The notes: generated by a model from the letters alone, not told the origin. 63,786 nucleotides of DNA, filler included, from Salisapilia sapeloensis CBS 127946 (GCA_023334545.1; 6 parts of 6 records of this genome joined end to end with filler, not necessarily neighbours in it); one strand, 5' to 3'; positions 34,823-45,589 are shown, counted from the first letter of the whole stretch. Translations and numbers: made by a program.

Positions 34823-37705
34823 ATGGGATGGCGCTCGAGTGGGAGTGCACCGCTCTTGTGTCTATTCCTGCTCTCCTTTCCATTCCAAGTTTCTATGGCA
34901 GCTACTATCGATCCAGTTGACCTCTCTAGAGCTCAGTCAAGCTACTGTAATGACTTTTTTGAGCCATTCGCAGACGAATACATCGTACAGTTGCATGGGT
35001 ATGCTTTGCAACAGGAGCAGGAGCAGTATGTGAGCTCGTTCTTGAGCTCAAACGTGCCGCACCATAGTCTCAGTGTCAGAAATCATATGCAGGAGGCTTC
35101 TATAGCCAATTTACCCACTGACTTCGTTCTCGTACAGCTCTACTCGTGTGCTCGACGTCTATCTAACGGTGTCTTGGCTGGATACAATCAGTGTTATGCC
35201 TCCTTAGGTTCACTAGATCAACTCCATGTTAATGAAACGGACGTTCGAATCAAACGCATCTATAAAAATCGCGCTCTTCATAGCAGTGAGCTCTTTGGAT
35301 CCAGTACAAACGACGAATCGACTCCTTTCTCGTCACCCAGTGGCAAGAAAATCAAATCGCTCATTGATGAGCTCGGCATTCGCCACTTACACGACCGTGG
35401 ATATAAAGGCAAAGATGTTCGTGTTGGTGTCTTTGACACCGGAATCTCTTCCTCACAAATCCATCGTGTAAAAGAGCGAATCAATTGGACATTTGAGAAA
35501 ACGAATGAAGATAAAGTGGGTCATGGAACATTTATAGCAAGTATCATCAACGGTGACGACCTAAAGTGTCCTGGAATTGCCCCGGATGCTGATCTCGTCG
35601 TCTTTCGCATGTTCACAAGCGACCAGCTGAGCTTTACGTCCTGGTTCTTAGACGCTTTTAACTACGCCATGTTTCGCAATATTCATGTCATCAATCTGAG
35701 CACAGGTGGTCCAGATTTTCACGACCTTCCGTTCGTTGAAAAGGTGCAGGAACTAACGGCGCATGGTATCATTGTCGTCTCGGCAGTCGGGAACAGCGGG
35801 CCAAAGTACGGGACATTAACGAATCCAGCAGACCAGAAGGAAGTTATTGGAGTCGGTGGCATCACAAGTGATGGAAATCAAGTAGCTGCTTTCTCTTCTC
35901 GAGGAATGACAATGTGGGAGGCTCCTTTCGGTATCGGTCGCGTAAAGCCAGACCTCGTTACGCTAGCTGCTGACGTTCCAGGTGCTAAAGTCACATCCGG
36001 GTGTACTTCGCTGACAGGAACGAGCGTCTCTGCGCCTATCGTAAGCGCATCCATTGCACTCTTAGCATCCATCGTGCCAGAGCGTCATCGATGGGAGCTA
36101 TTAAATCCAGCTACCATTAAGCAGATACTAGTGGAAAGCGCTGATCGTCTTCCATCCACCACTGACAAGGGCAACTTCCACGTTTATAACCACATCTTTG
36201 AACAGGGCAGCGGGACGCTCAACGTATCCAAAGCCAGTGCTATAGTCGAGTACATGGCCGAGTCATCTTCAACCATACTTAAACCAAGCGTCTTTCCATC
36301 ATCCATCGACGCTACAGACTGCCCTTACATGTGGCCCTTGTGTTCGCAACCACTCTTCCTAGGCTCTTTGCCTCTGACTGTTAATTTAACGCTATTAAAC
36401 CCTAGCTCTGCTTTCGCAGAAGTTACCGACACACCACGTTGGAAACCGAAAGCGAATGGAGATCTACTCGATGTTTCAATTGCGTATTTAGATGTCGTAT
36501 GGCCGTATGTAGGTTCGATTGGTGTTTTCATCGAAGTCAATCAGCAGATCGCTACGAAAACTATCTCTTCTGGCTCCTTATTACTATCCATACGCAGTCC
36601 ACACCAAGATACAGTCGATGAGATCGAAGTGCCGATTCGTGTGTCTATTGTCCCGACTCCCCCACGGTCAAAAAGGATCCTTTGGGACCAATTCCATAGT
36701 ATCTCGTACCCGTCTGCTTATGTCCCTCGAGATAGTCTAGAAGATGAGCAGGAACTACTAGACTCGGCCGGAGACCATTTGCATACAAACTACCATCAAT
36801 TGTGGAACTACTTGACGGACCTTGGCTACTTTCTCGATATACTCTCGTTCGAATTAACATGTACGGACGTGACGCAGTATGGAACGATTCTCATCGTGGA
36901 CCCAGAAGAAGAGTTCTTTGTATCGGAAATCGAAGCTATGCGAGATGCTGTTCGATACGCCAATACTTCCCTCGTACTCTTTGCTGAGTGGTATGATGAA
37001 GAGCTGCAGCAGTCGATGAAGATCTTCGACACGAGTACTCTAAGCAGCTGGAGTCCCATCACCGGAGGAGCCAACATACCTGCTATCAATTCGCTGTTAA
37101 AAGATTTTCACATCGCCTTTGGGGAAGGTGTGGTTTCGAGTCAAGACGTTCACCTCCTCTCTCCTCCATTTGCAAACGGATCGCGTACGTCATACCCATA
37201 CTTGTCTGGCAGCTTCCTCACCAACATTCCAGTCGGTGGCTACGTCGGCTTCATTGAAGCTAACGCCAATAACGTTGTACGTTTAAATAGTTCCGACCTA
37301 GAGCTCAAGCGAGTGCCCATCTTGGGACTTTATCAAGTGCCTGCCGCACGTGGAGGTCGTATTGCTGTCTTTGGGGATAGCGCTTGTCTAGATATAAGCA
37401 TGAGAAGGATGCGAGACGACCGGAATTGCTTCAGTATGTTGCGCCAGCTCCTCGAGTTTACTAGCGAAAATATCTTTCCGGAAGATATAAGTCAACTACA
37501 TAAGCTAGACGTTGAGTATACAATGCATGTACTTGATGAAAAGGCAATCCGTCCACAAGAGAGTGCTAGTGGTGTAAACAAGGACGAAAGACCTCGATCG
37601 GACTTTTGGAAATACTCGAAAGTCTTGGAAGGCACAAATGGCAGAAACCGTTCTACATTTTGCCATGTCTTTGATAAGAGAACTTGCCGAATTGAAGGTG
37701 ACTAG
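34823..37705 (+). CDS. MBTPS1: Site-1 protease (subtilisin S8, SKI-1/S1P)
   Basis: Signal peptide and triad VGVFDTG / GHGTFIA / GTSVSAP. S1P-specific NLSTGGPDFHDLPFVEKV, FSSRGMTMWE, RILWDQFHS..YP..YVPRD, GDHLHTN, GGANIPAIN, GRIAVFGDSACLD. Confidence 0.95.
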   Translation: MGWRSSGSAPLLCLFLLSFPFQVSMAATIDPVDLSRAQSSYCNDFFEPFADEYIVQLHGYALQQEQEQYVSSFLSSNVPHHSLSVRNHMQEASIANLPTDFVLVQLYSCARRLSNGVLAGYNQCYASLGSLDQLHVNETDVRIKRIYKNRALHSSELFGSSTNDESTPFSSPSGKKIKSLIDELGIRHLHDRGYKGKDVRVGVFDTGISSSQIHRVKERINWTFEKTNEDKVGHGTFIASIINGDDLKCPGIAPDADLVVFRMFTSDQLSFTSWFLDAFNYAMFRNIHVINLSTGGPDFHDLPFVEKVQELTAHGIIVVSAVGNSGPKYGTLTNPADQKEVIGVGGITSDGNQVAAFSSRGMTMWEAPFGIGRVKPDLVTLAADVPGAKVTSGCTSLTGTSVSAPIVSASIALLASIVPERHRWELLNPATIKQILVESADRLPSTTDKGNFHVYNHIFEQGSGTLNVSKASAIVEYMAESSSTILKPSVFPSSIDATDCPYMWPLCSQPLFLGSLPLTVNLTLLNPSSAFAEVTDTPRWKPKANGDLLDVSIAYLDVVWPYVGSIGVFIEVNQQIATKTISSGSLLLSIRSPHQDTVDEIEVPIRVSIVPTPPRSKRILWDQFHSISYPSAYVPRDSLEDEQELLDSAGDHLHTNYHQLWNYLTDLGYFLDILSFELTCTDVTQYGTILIVDPEEEFFVSEIEAMRDAVRYANTSLVLFAEWYDEELQQSMKIFDTSTLSSWSPITGGANIPAINSLLKDFHIAFGEGVVSSQDVHLLSPPFANGSRTSYPYLSGSFLTNIPVGGYVGFIEANANNVVRLNSSDLELKRVPILGLYQVPAARGGRIAVFGDSACLDISMRRMRDDRNCFSMLRQLLEFTSENIFPEDISQLHKLDVEYTMHVLDEKAIRPQESASGVNKDERPRSDFWKYSKVLEGTNGRNRSTFCHVFDKRTCRIEGD

Positions 37706-37759
37706 ATGTACTAAGCAAAATATCTTCACGCATATGTTTGATTTGGTAATAAGGAATAT

Positions 37760-40700
37760 TTACTTTTTCTGGTGGTTGATGAATCGCATGACAACTAACG
37801 CAAGTACTCGGAAGACAGCAATGCAAACGAGTTGGTAGAGCAGGTACTCGCCAAGTTTGTCACCATCGACATCAAAAATACTGTGGGTAAAGTCCTTCAC
37901 AGTCGTCTGATCCACATTCGGGGCGTTCGTGATCACTTGGCAGCCCATCTGATCTCCGCCATCAGCAAATGTCTGTGTCTCACTATCCCACATCGGCTCA
38001 TCCGGGCAGTTGCCAAAGACGATAGCAGCAAGACTGGAAAGAGAGTACCTCAGCGGCGTGATATTGTACAACCAGACGTATCCACTCGGCATCTGGTTTC
38101 CGGGGGGTGAAAAGCCCATGAATAGGAAGAAGATAGTGTTCACCAGGATGCCGGCTAGGATCGCCAAGTGCTCGGACGGCATGAGGAAGGCGAAGAACTG
38201 TCCAAAGTAGATTTGCATCAGCATGGTGAGCGAGATGCTAATCCAGAAGAGCACACCACTGGCGAGTCCTTCAAAGCCAACAAGTGGGAAGAAGATGACG
38301 GTGAATAAAAGACCGCTCACGAACGCGTAAGGGATTTCTGCCACTGTCGACCCGACGAAATACCATAGAACATTGTATGTTTGGCTGGTGCGCTCCCGAT
38401 AAAAGGAGCTGCGTTCGTGCATCACAACGGAAATGACACTGATGAAGGCGATAACGCCATGGAAGACACATGCGATCCAGAGCATGCCAAAGCCAGAGTT
38501 CATGCCCTGGTAGCTGTTGTATGAGCTGTCGCCGTACATGAGTCCGAAGATGATTCCTAGCATCACAGCTAAGATCATTCTTGTTACGTTGTAGGACGTA
38601 GTTCGCCAGTAGAGCTTCATGAACCGGTTGCACAGGACGACACATTGTGTCCACTGCGATGCAGATCGCTTGGACGCATACTGGAGCTGGGGGTACTGCT
38701 CCGACGGACGTGTGATGCCTGCTGAGTTCATCATCTGCTCCAGCTGCGTGCTGAGCTCACTGTTTTTAAAGTAACCAGCAAAGTCAACGCCTTTCTTCTG
38801 GACAGTGCCAGCGCCAGTGTTGTCAAGCACCCAGTCGGCAGGGTTCGTGCCGTGCGTGAATGTTGGCATGTCCGGAATCGATTCAAAGTAGTTCACGAGC
38901 GTGCTAAAGTCATCTTCGAGATGGCCAAAGTAGACCATGTGACCACCACGTTGCAGTAACAGCATGCTGTTGAAGAGTCGGACGATCTCGGTGCTGGGTT
39001 GGTGGATGGTGCAGATGACAGTCAACCTCCTCTCGGTGCTGATAGTACGTACGCCTTCCATGATCATTTTGGCAGATCTCGAGTCGAGTCCGCTCGTCGG
39101 TTCATCGAGGAACAAGACGCTCGGTTGGGCAGCCAGTTCGACTCCGATCGTCAAACGCTTCAGCTTTTCCATCGAACTTCCTCGAATCATCATGTCCGCA
39201 CACTCGGTCAGCTCCAGAAGATTGAGCGTATCCTCCACGACCTCTTTCTTCTTGGCAATGGAAACGGAGCTCGATTGCCTCATCATAGCACTGAACAAAA
39301 GAGCCTCTCTAAAGGTCGAAGTGTCCGAGTGCAAGTCCATTTGCTCGCAGTACCCAGTGCACCGCCGGATCTCGAGAGGTGACGCTTCATATCCGTTCAG
39401 GAGCACACGACCTTGTGATGTACCGCCAGACTTGCGTGCAGATATGACATCAAGCAATGTCGTTTTCCCCGCACCACTACTACCCATGAGTGCCGTCATG
39501 GTGCCTGGCAAAGCGTATCCACTGACACCTTGAAGTAGCTGGATCTTCTCCTTCTTGTTGCGTGGGTTCGGGACGCTGTACCAGATATCTTCAAAAGCAA
39601 GGGTTACCGGTTGAGGAGAGGCTTCGCTCCTGATATTCAACGCGAGCATCTCGTGCTTTGATCGCGACGTCATCATGTCGACCTGCTGCTTCTTCTCCTC
39701 TTGCTTGTCAAAGACGACATACACATCATCATCTTCTTCCTTTGGCTTCTTCACGGCTGGAGCAGATCGAGTTTCCTCGAACCTGCAGAATTCGAGGAAA
39801 GCCCACGTCACTGCAGTGACAAGCAGGATCATGCCAGCAAGTACGAGCAACCCCACTGCAATCCAGTACTTTTCACTCTGGACGTCGTACAATGACAAAT
39901 AGTACTCGCCCATGTTCATACCATGCAGCTGGCAGTAGTCATTTGTACTTGCAGGAGGGTAGACACACACGTCAAAGTCCGACGATCGGTACTGACTCAC
40001 GGACATGCCACGGAACGCCCATGAGATCGGGCTCATCCAGTAGAGCCACACGAGGTAGACTGGCAGCTTTTCTTTCGTGACGATGAAACCAGCAAAGTTG
40101 ATGCACAGCATGATGATAAAGATAGCGAGAGGCGTCCCGACGTTCTTGTTGGGCGCCAAGGCCGCCACCATCATGTAGGTAGAGGTAAAGGTCAGATTCG
40201 TCAGGAACAGATAGAGCAAGAAGACAATGTACTCATGCGCTCGAGAGACAAAGCCTCCCATCCAGTACATCATGGAACCAAAGGTCAGTGCTTCGATGAG
40301 ACTCAGTGGGATCTGGACAAGCAAATTCGCTACGACGTACGTGGACGAACGGAAGAAGTTGGCTGCTCGTTGCTTGTAGAACACCTCTCGACGCTCGACG
40401 AACGTCGGTGTCTGCGTCGCCTGAGCCAATGCGACGAACAGCACTGCACTAAAGATGGAGCCAAGGACCATCTGAGCGTTCATCGGATCAACCTGGTAGA
40501 AGAGACTCGAGTTTCGAAGACCGAGGAGGATGATCATGAGCACCCTTCCTCCGAGGAACGCCTTACTTCGGAGCAAGATGACCATCTCTCGATGGCTTAG
40601 AGTAATTAGATTCTCAAAGAAGTTCTGATGGAACTCTGGCATGTGATCCAAGTGCTCCGTCATGGTGCTTTGAAGGTTGGCAGCGTGCGGTACCTCTAGT

Positions 40701-41938
40701 GCCTGTACGGTTGCGAGGTGAATGTTGGAACGTCGGAATGCCGTGGCGAAACCATGTGCAGTCTGAGGGCACTCGCCTGTCATCGAAGTACTTTCGTACT
40801 TGTTTTGGTTGCTGCTACAGAGGTCGAGCAAAAAGTCTGGCGTCGGCTTGTTGGAAGGTACTTGGAAGCCCAGGTTTGTAAAGTACGTTCGTACTTGGTC
40901 TCGAGGTCCGTGATACAGCATCTCTCCGTCGCTTAGTAAGAGGACGTTGTCGAACAGGTCAAAGACTTCAGGAGATGGTTGCAAGAGAGAGATGACAATT
41001 GTCTTGCGCAGCTTCTTAGCGATACTCTGCTGCGTCTTCACGATATCAAAGGTCGAAGCGCTGTCGAGTCCGGTGCTGATCTCATCCATGAAGGCCATGT
41101 ACTTGAGTCCGAACTCCATCTCACCCGTCGTCACACGCTTCTTCTCTCCACCAGACACACCACGTACCATGGCGTCACCGATGAAGGTGTCTTGGCAGTT
41201 CTGAAGACCGAGCTGTTGGATAACGATCTCCGGATAATGCTTAAACATGGCCTTGGTGGCTTCCATCGCTTCTTTATTTTCCTCTTCGCTGCCATTGCAT
41301 AGCAGTTCGCTAGCTCTTCTCGCCAGTTCGCCACCAGAGAACTTGTGAGCAAAGTCCAGTGTCTCGCGTACGGTCAATATGGGATGATGTTGGTTCTCAT
41401 TCGCAACGTAAGAGGAGAACTGAGGAATCTTCTTCTTTAAACTGTCGATCGTTTCGCCATTGTATCGAATGTCACCATCCACAGAAATACTTTTGGATTG
41501 GTCGAGTCTTCCAGATAAAGCCTTCATAAGTGTCGTTTTGCCGGAACCAGGCTGACCCAAGACAAGCGTGAGGGTACCAGGAGCAAAGACACCGGAGATG
41601 TTGTTCAAGATGGTCTTTTCGACAACAGGTTTCTTGCAATGGAAACCTGACAACAAGCTGTTTTTCATTGTCGAACAGAGGCTCGGTAACTGCTGGTTAC
41701 CAGAGTCGTTCGATACGACGGTAGCTTGGGTGACTGCAGTAAGGTTTGCAAACCGGACTTCGATCTCCGGTATGCCTCGTCCTAGCGCTCGTTCAATATG
41801 CTGACCGAGGTGCGAGTGGAGAGCCTCTGAGCCTTGCGCCATCATTGTGTCTGCATTTTCATACGTCGGCGTATCTTTTGAGCTCTCACTAGTATCGGTC
41901 GACTGCAGACTTGTAGTAACCTCTTCAGTCGTTGCCAT
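37760..41938 (-). CDS. Full-size ABCG / pleiotropic drug resistance (PDR) transporter
   Basis: NBD-TMD-NBD-TMD order. GQPGSGKTT, VSGGEKKRVTTGE, MDEISTGLDS; second NBD GSSGAGKTTLLDV, GYCEQMD, FLDEPTSGLD, CTIHQPS. Confidence 0.97.
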   Translation of the reverse strand: MATTEEVTTSLQSTDTSESSKDTPTYENADTMMAQGSEALHSHLGQHIERALGRGIPEIEVRFANLTAVTQATVVSNDSGNQQLPSLCSTMKNSLLSGFHCKKPVVEKTILNNISGVFAPGTLTLVLGQPGSGKTTLMKALSGRLDQSKSISVDGDIRYNGETIDSLKKKIPQFSSYVANENQHHPILTVRETLDFAHKFSGGELARRASELLCNGSEEENKEAMEATKAMFKHYPEIVIQQLGLQNCQDTFIGDAMVRGVSGGEKKRVTTGEMEFGLKYMAFMDEISTGLDSASTFDIVKTQQSIAKKLRKTIVISLLQPSPEVFDLFDNVLLLSDGEMLYHGPRDQVRTYFTNLGFQVPSNKPTPDFLLDLCSSNQNKYESTSMTGECPQTAHGFATAFRRSNIHLATVQALEVPHAANLQSTMTEHLDHMPEFHQNFFENLITLSHREMVILLRSKAFLGGRVLMIILLGLRNSSLFYQVDPMNAQMVLGSIFSAVLFVALAQATQTPTFVERREVFYKQRAANFFRSSTYVVANLLVQIPLSLIEALTFGSMMYWMGGFVSRAHEYIVFLLYLFLTNLTFTSTYMMVAALAPNKNVGTPLAIFIIMLCINFAGFIVTKEKLPVYLVWLYWMSPISWAFRGMSVSQYRSSDFDVCVYPPASTNDYCQLHGMNMGEYYLSLYDVQSEKYWIAVGLLVLAGMILLVTAVTWAFLEFCRFEETRSAPAVKKPKEEDDDVYVVFDKQEEKKQQVDMMTSRSKHEMLALNIRSEASPQPVTLAFEDIWYSVPNPRNKKEKIQLLQGVSGYALPGTMTALMGSSGAGKTTLLDVISARKSGGTSQGRVLLNGYEASPLEIRRCTGYCEQMDLHSDTSTFREALLFSAMMRQSSSVSIAKKKEVVEDTLNLLELTECADMMIRGSSMEKLKRLTIGVELAAQPSVLFLDEPTSGLDSRSAKMIMEGVRTISTERRLTVICTIHQPSTEIVRLFNSMLLLQRGGHMVYFGHLEDDFSTLVNYFESIPDMPTFTHGTNPADWVLDNTGAGTVQKKGVDFAGYFKNSELSTQLEQMMNSAGITRPSEQYPQLQYASKRSASQWTQCVVLCNRFMKLYWRTTSYNVTRMILAVMLGIIFGLMYGDSSYNSYQGMNSGFGMLWIACVFHGVIAFISVISVVMHERSSFYRERTSQTYNVLWYFVGSTVAEIPYAFVSGLLFTVIFFPLVGFEGLASGVLFWISISLTMLMQIYFGQFFAFLMPSEHLAILAGILVNTIFFLFMGFSPPGNQMPSGYVWLYNITPLRYSLSSLAAIVFGNCPDEPMWDSETQTFADGGDQMGCQVITNAPNVDQTTVKDFTHSIFDVDGDKLGEYLLYQLVCIAVFRVLALVVMRFINHQKK

Positions 41939-41964
41939 GGTGAAGCAGTTCTTGCTTTGGCAAG

Positions 41965-41980
41965 GTAAATTGACAAGTGT
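41965..41980 (-). promoter_or_regulatory. INR+FPR-like core promoter of the ABCG gene
   Basis: ACACTTGTCAATTTAC on the minus strand, 27 nt upstream of the ATG. Confidence 0.55.
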
Positions 41981-42186
41981 GATGGATTAAATATCTTCTT
42001 GTCAAGAATCATGAAAGGTTCGGACTTGGTGTCACAGTTTCCTACCGCCAGGAGGTACTCACCCAGGTGGCCACGTGGGTTCAAGGTTACGAGAGCGGCA
42101 TAGAAATATCCAAATTCACATCCGATTTGTAATCAGAATCGAGACTTGGGCCTTGTAACCAGCCAATTGAGTATCCTGGAATCGAC

Positions 42187-42952
42187 ATGACGGAGAGCTA
42201 TGTGGTACTGAGCAACCTAGCTGGTGGCCAAAACCTCGGCAACTTCTTGCGGACGGCGAGCGCCTTTAGTGTGGCACAAGTCATCGTCGGTACGTTGCAC
42301 GATAAATTACACAGAGCACGTTCGACGATCTAATCGAACTTGTACTTGCTTCGATAGTTGGCTCGGACCGCTTCGCCACGCACGGAGCGCATCAAGCACA
42401 CAAATTCGTTGAAGTCGTCCAAGTGAGTACATACGAAGAGGCTCGAAAATTTCTAACAGACCGCGCTTGCACCATTTATGGAGTGCACAAGGCATCGACT
42501 CCGCATGCCACTTGTACGTACCACTTTGGGAACATTTGGGAAACACGAGTGTCTTAAGTCTTCTATTTACAGCGATCCATGACGTAACATTCACTTCATC
42601 GAGTGCCTTTGTCCTGCCGAATGAAGGGGGTGAGCTAACTGCTGCACAGTCCTCTGTCTGCGACGCGTTCGTGCATATTGGCAGTGCGAATCCGCCAACA
42701 GCCTCGGACGTACCGCTGGGGCTAAATACCGTCTTGGGTATCACTCTGTATACCTTTACCTCGTGGTCAAAACCCGTGGAACGAAAGTTCAAAGTCACGT
42801 CTACACAAGGAAAATTTGTCGTGGATGAGATACCGACACAAATGGCTCTCAAGGACACGCAAGCGGCACGTGACAAAGCTGTCGCTCGAGAAAGTCGTCG
42901 CCAGGAAGCAGAGGACAGTGTGAATGAAGACCTATCTAGTATATTTGACTAG
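42187..42952 (+). CDS. SpoU/TrmH-family (SPOUT) RNA methyltransferase-like protein (3 exons)
   Basis: Spliced frame MTESYVVLSNLAGGQNLGNFLRTASAFSV..VGSDRFATHGAHQAHKFV...AFVLPNEGGEL....CDAFVHI. Motif 1 (NLG..LR.A.AF) and motif 2 (NEG) are recognisable. Confidence 0.75.
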
Positions 42953-44176
42953 GTATCGACGTATTAATGAACAGAGAGAAGTTCTAGTGCTACAGATTGT
43001 TTAACTTTTTAGAATCGACGCACTTGATTCTTGCCAGTCATCACTCAGCTGAGCGTATCAAAGGTAGGATGAGGTGATTATTTGATACACAAATCCGGCA
43101 TTTGCGTTTGTAAGACGATACACGTACGGATCAACAGTATCATCTCCGTTTAATAGCTTCCCATCCATCTTCCCGGAGGAAATGGATGCTGTTGGTAATC
43201 GTGTATGATTCACGATCAAACCATGTCGAGTCCAATACCATTGGATATACCAAGCACAACTTCTTGGACGACAATGCTTCTGCTTTCTCCTCTTTCCATG
43301 TCGGCCATCTCAAACTGTGATCTGAACATCATGTAGCGTAAAAGTTTCCGCTCGTGATTAAATGATGCTGTCAGTGATAAAAAGGCCATCGCAGTGTTGA
43401 GTGTCATGTGGATCAATTGTTTCAATGATTGCTGGTGAAATGCGACGACTAGTGGAAACTGATTTAAAGGCTTGTCGTCAAAGGCTGAACTGCTTAGGGC
43501 CAAACCGTATTTGCAGTGACTTATCATACAGCGGAATTGGCGATTACAGGTCGTAAATCATGCTTTTCATAAATGGAAGCGACTATGGCGTGTTCGCCGG
43601 AAATCGCCGAATTGGTCTTTCCACGTCCCACCGAGATGCTTCAATGACGCGTGACTAGACCACTTCGTCACTGACACATGCGCAGTCGTTCAAGTTTCCT
43701 TCGGCATCGGCAAGCTCATCACAAAATGATTGAAGGAATACAACACCTCGACAAGAGTTTACACGACAAGAAGGCCTTGGATCGGCGTTGTCTTTGCTGT
43801 AACCTGCCTTAAAAATGTCAGGGATGCCGATCATTGGGATGATTCCAATCAAGGCTATTACGTGTTCGCTGACACAATGCCGCTTGCCTCACAACAAACA
43901 CGTCATGTAGCATGCATCTACAAAGACCATCCCACTTGCACGCATGTGCCATCTCCGCGCCTTGATGACCAACAACACAGACAGGATAGCCAAGAGCTTC
44001 AAGCTGTCTTCAACACCCACATCCTCAGCAGTCCACTTCATCACGACAAGGCAAAGCAAAGTCCAGTAGTTTGCATAAGAAACGATGTCGCTGTTCGCTT
44101 TAAAAATGCCAAGTAAATCTACTCTATACACCCTTCCAAAAAGAAAGTGAATGTCTGCGCGATAGCATCGCAAGGC

Positions 44177-45283
44177 CTAATACGTCGCACCAAAACCCTT
44201 GCGATGCATCTTCATGGCATACTCTGCCTGATACTTCTGTCGAAGTTCTTTTAATACTGCCTCACATAAACGGCAGTTCTGGACCATTGCCAAGTCCTCT
44301 CCAGGCTGCCTCGACTTGACCACTTCTGGCGACTGCGTGCGTTGTAAACAGTTCCTGCAAAAGATGAGACCACAGTGGTAGCACGACCCACTGATTTCAT
44401 TCTTCATCCCAACCATCCGCTTTAGTGCGCCTCGGATCGCTCGCTTTGGACTTTGAAGAACGACTTTGCACCGCATGCAGTGGTGTCGACACCCGAGCGG
44501 AATGTAAGGTGGAGGAGTGCGAATATTCCTAAGCATACTGTGCTTGACGGCAGCACTAGCAACCTCATAGCACATGAGTCCAGACGTTTTGTCCAGTGTC
44601 GCCATCGACGCTCCATAGGCCACCAAGACGCCTGCAATCATAGGCAATTGCCTCTGGCATGCCACTTGCAACAAGGAGCTACCGTCCACATCCGTTTCGG
44701 CAATCGCTCCGTGCTCTAGTAGCTGGATGGCAATGACAGGTTGATCGATTTTGACCGTCAGCATGTACGCCGCGATGGGTGTCAATCCTCTCTTATTCAC
44801 GACCTGGACATTGGCGCCTGCCTCTAGTAGCTTTTCGACCATGGAGATGGCATTCGGACTGCGCCAACCTCCAGCAGCAAAGTGCAGTGCTGTGTTCCCG
44901 TTGTCGTCTGGGGCGTCGAGCACCTCTGAGCAGCAGCCACCATTCGTTAGGATGGCGTCCAGTATATGTGCATCGCCCTTCCGGACGGCTAGATGGAGAG
45001 GTCCTTGGCCGTGGGACGGCTCCTTAAGTCCAAGCAGCACAGATGAGAGGCGCGAAGAGGTGCTTGAGATACTGGACAACGAGGTGTCTGCCGTCGGACT
45101 ATAGTTGGCACTGTCCCGGACGTTGTAGCCCCGTTTATTCAGCACCTCGATCATGCTACGCTGGAGAAGGTCGCACTGTCGTGGGGTTTTGCCATCGCCC
45201 ATGCTGTCGGACGGCGATGTGACTGGTTCCACTAGAATTGAATTGTCCCCGTTACCACTCGTACTCCATGCAGTTTCTTCCAT
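44177..45283 (-). CDS. Ankyrin-repeat protein with C-terminal FYVE-like zinc finger
   Basis: GQGPLHLAV, NGNTALHFAA, RGLTPIAAY ankyrin repeats. Cys pattern CMRC..CYHCGLIFCRNC..CRLC. Likely ATG at 45283. Confidence 0.85.
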   Translation of the reverse strand: MEETAWSTSGNGDNSILVEPVTSPSDSMGDGKTPRQCDLLQRSMIEVLNKRGYNVRDSANYSPTADTSLSSISSTSSRLSSVLLGLKEPSHGQGPLHLAVRKGDAHILDAILTNGGCCSEVLDAPDDNGNTALHFAAGGWRSPNAISMVEKLLEAGANVQVVNKRGLTPIAAYMLTVKIDQPVIAIQLLEHGAIAETDVDGSSLLQVACQRQLPMIAGVLVAYGASMATLDKTSGLMCYEVASAAVKHSMLRNIRTPPPYIPLGCRHHCMRCKVVLQSPKRAIRGALKRMVGMKNEISGSCYHCGLIFCRNCLQRTQSPEVVKSRQPGEDLAMVQNCRLCEAVLKELRQKYQAEYAMKMHRKGFGATY

Positions 45284-45589
45284 GTTCTTGGTATCGATAG
45301 TACGACGCTTCGTGACACGCCAATCCACTTTCCCAGATCCGAGTGCCTCTTCCCGAAAAGCACCGTGGTCACCTGGCAACTTCAGAAGTACTCTGGATGG
45401 AAACGACTGTCTGCGACTGAATATTCGAACCCAGCAAGTTCATATATCTCACATCGAAAGCATAGGGTGTGGAGAAATGTGGTAGAGGAGCGACTCGATC
45501 TGGTAATCTGGACGCTAGACCAGGAGGTCGTCCATACCTTCCGAAAACCTTCGGATGACCGCACGCGATCGTCACGAAATTCGCGGGAA

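Noticed and set aside
8261-41938. Many long antisense/overlapping ORFs within TCP11, ABCG, M28 and other genes
   Set aside because: These are shadow ORFs of GC-balanced coding sequence with no independent motifs.
43000-44170. Short ORFs on both strands (43216..43527, 43655..43852, 43730..44116, 43889..44173)
   Set aside because: They may be a decayed gene, but I recognise no family and the strand is ambiguous. Not supportable without BLASTX.
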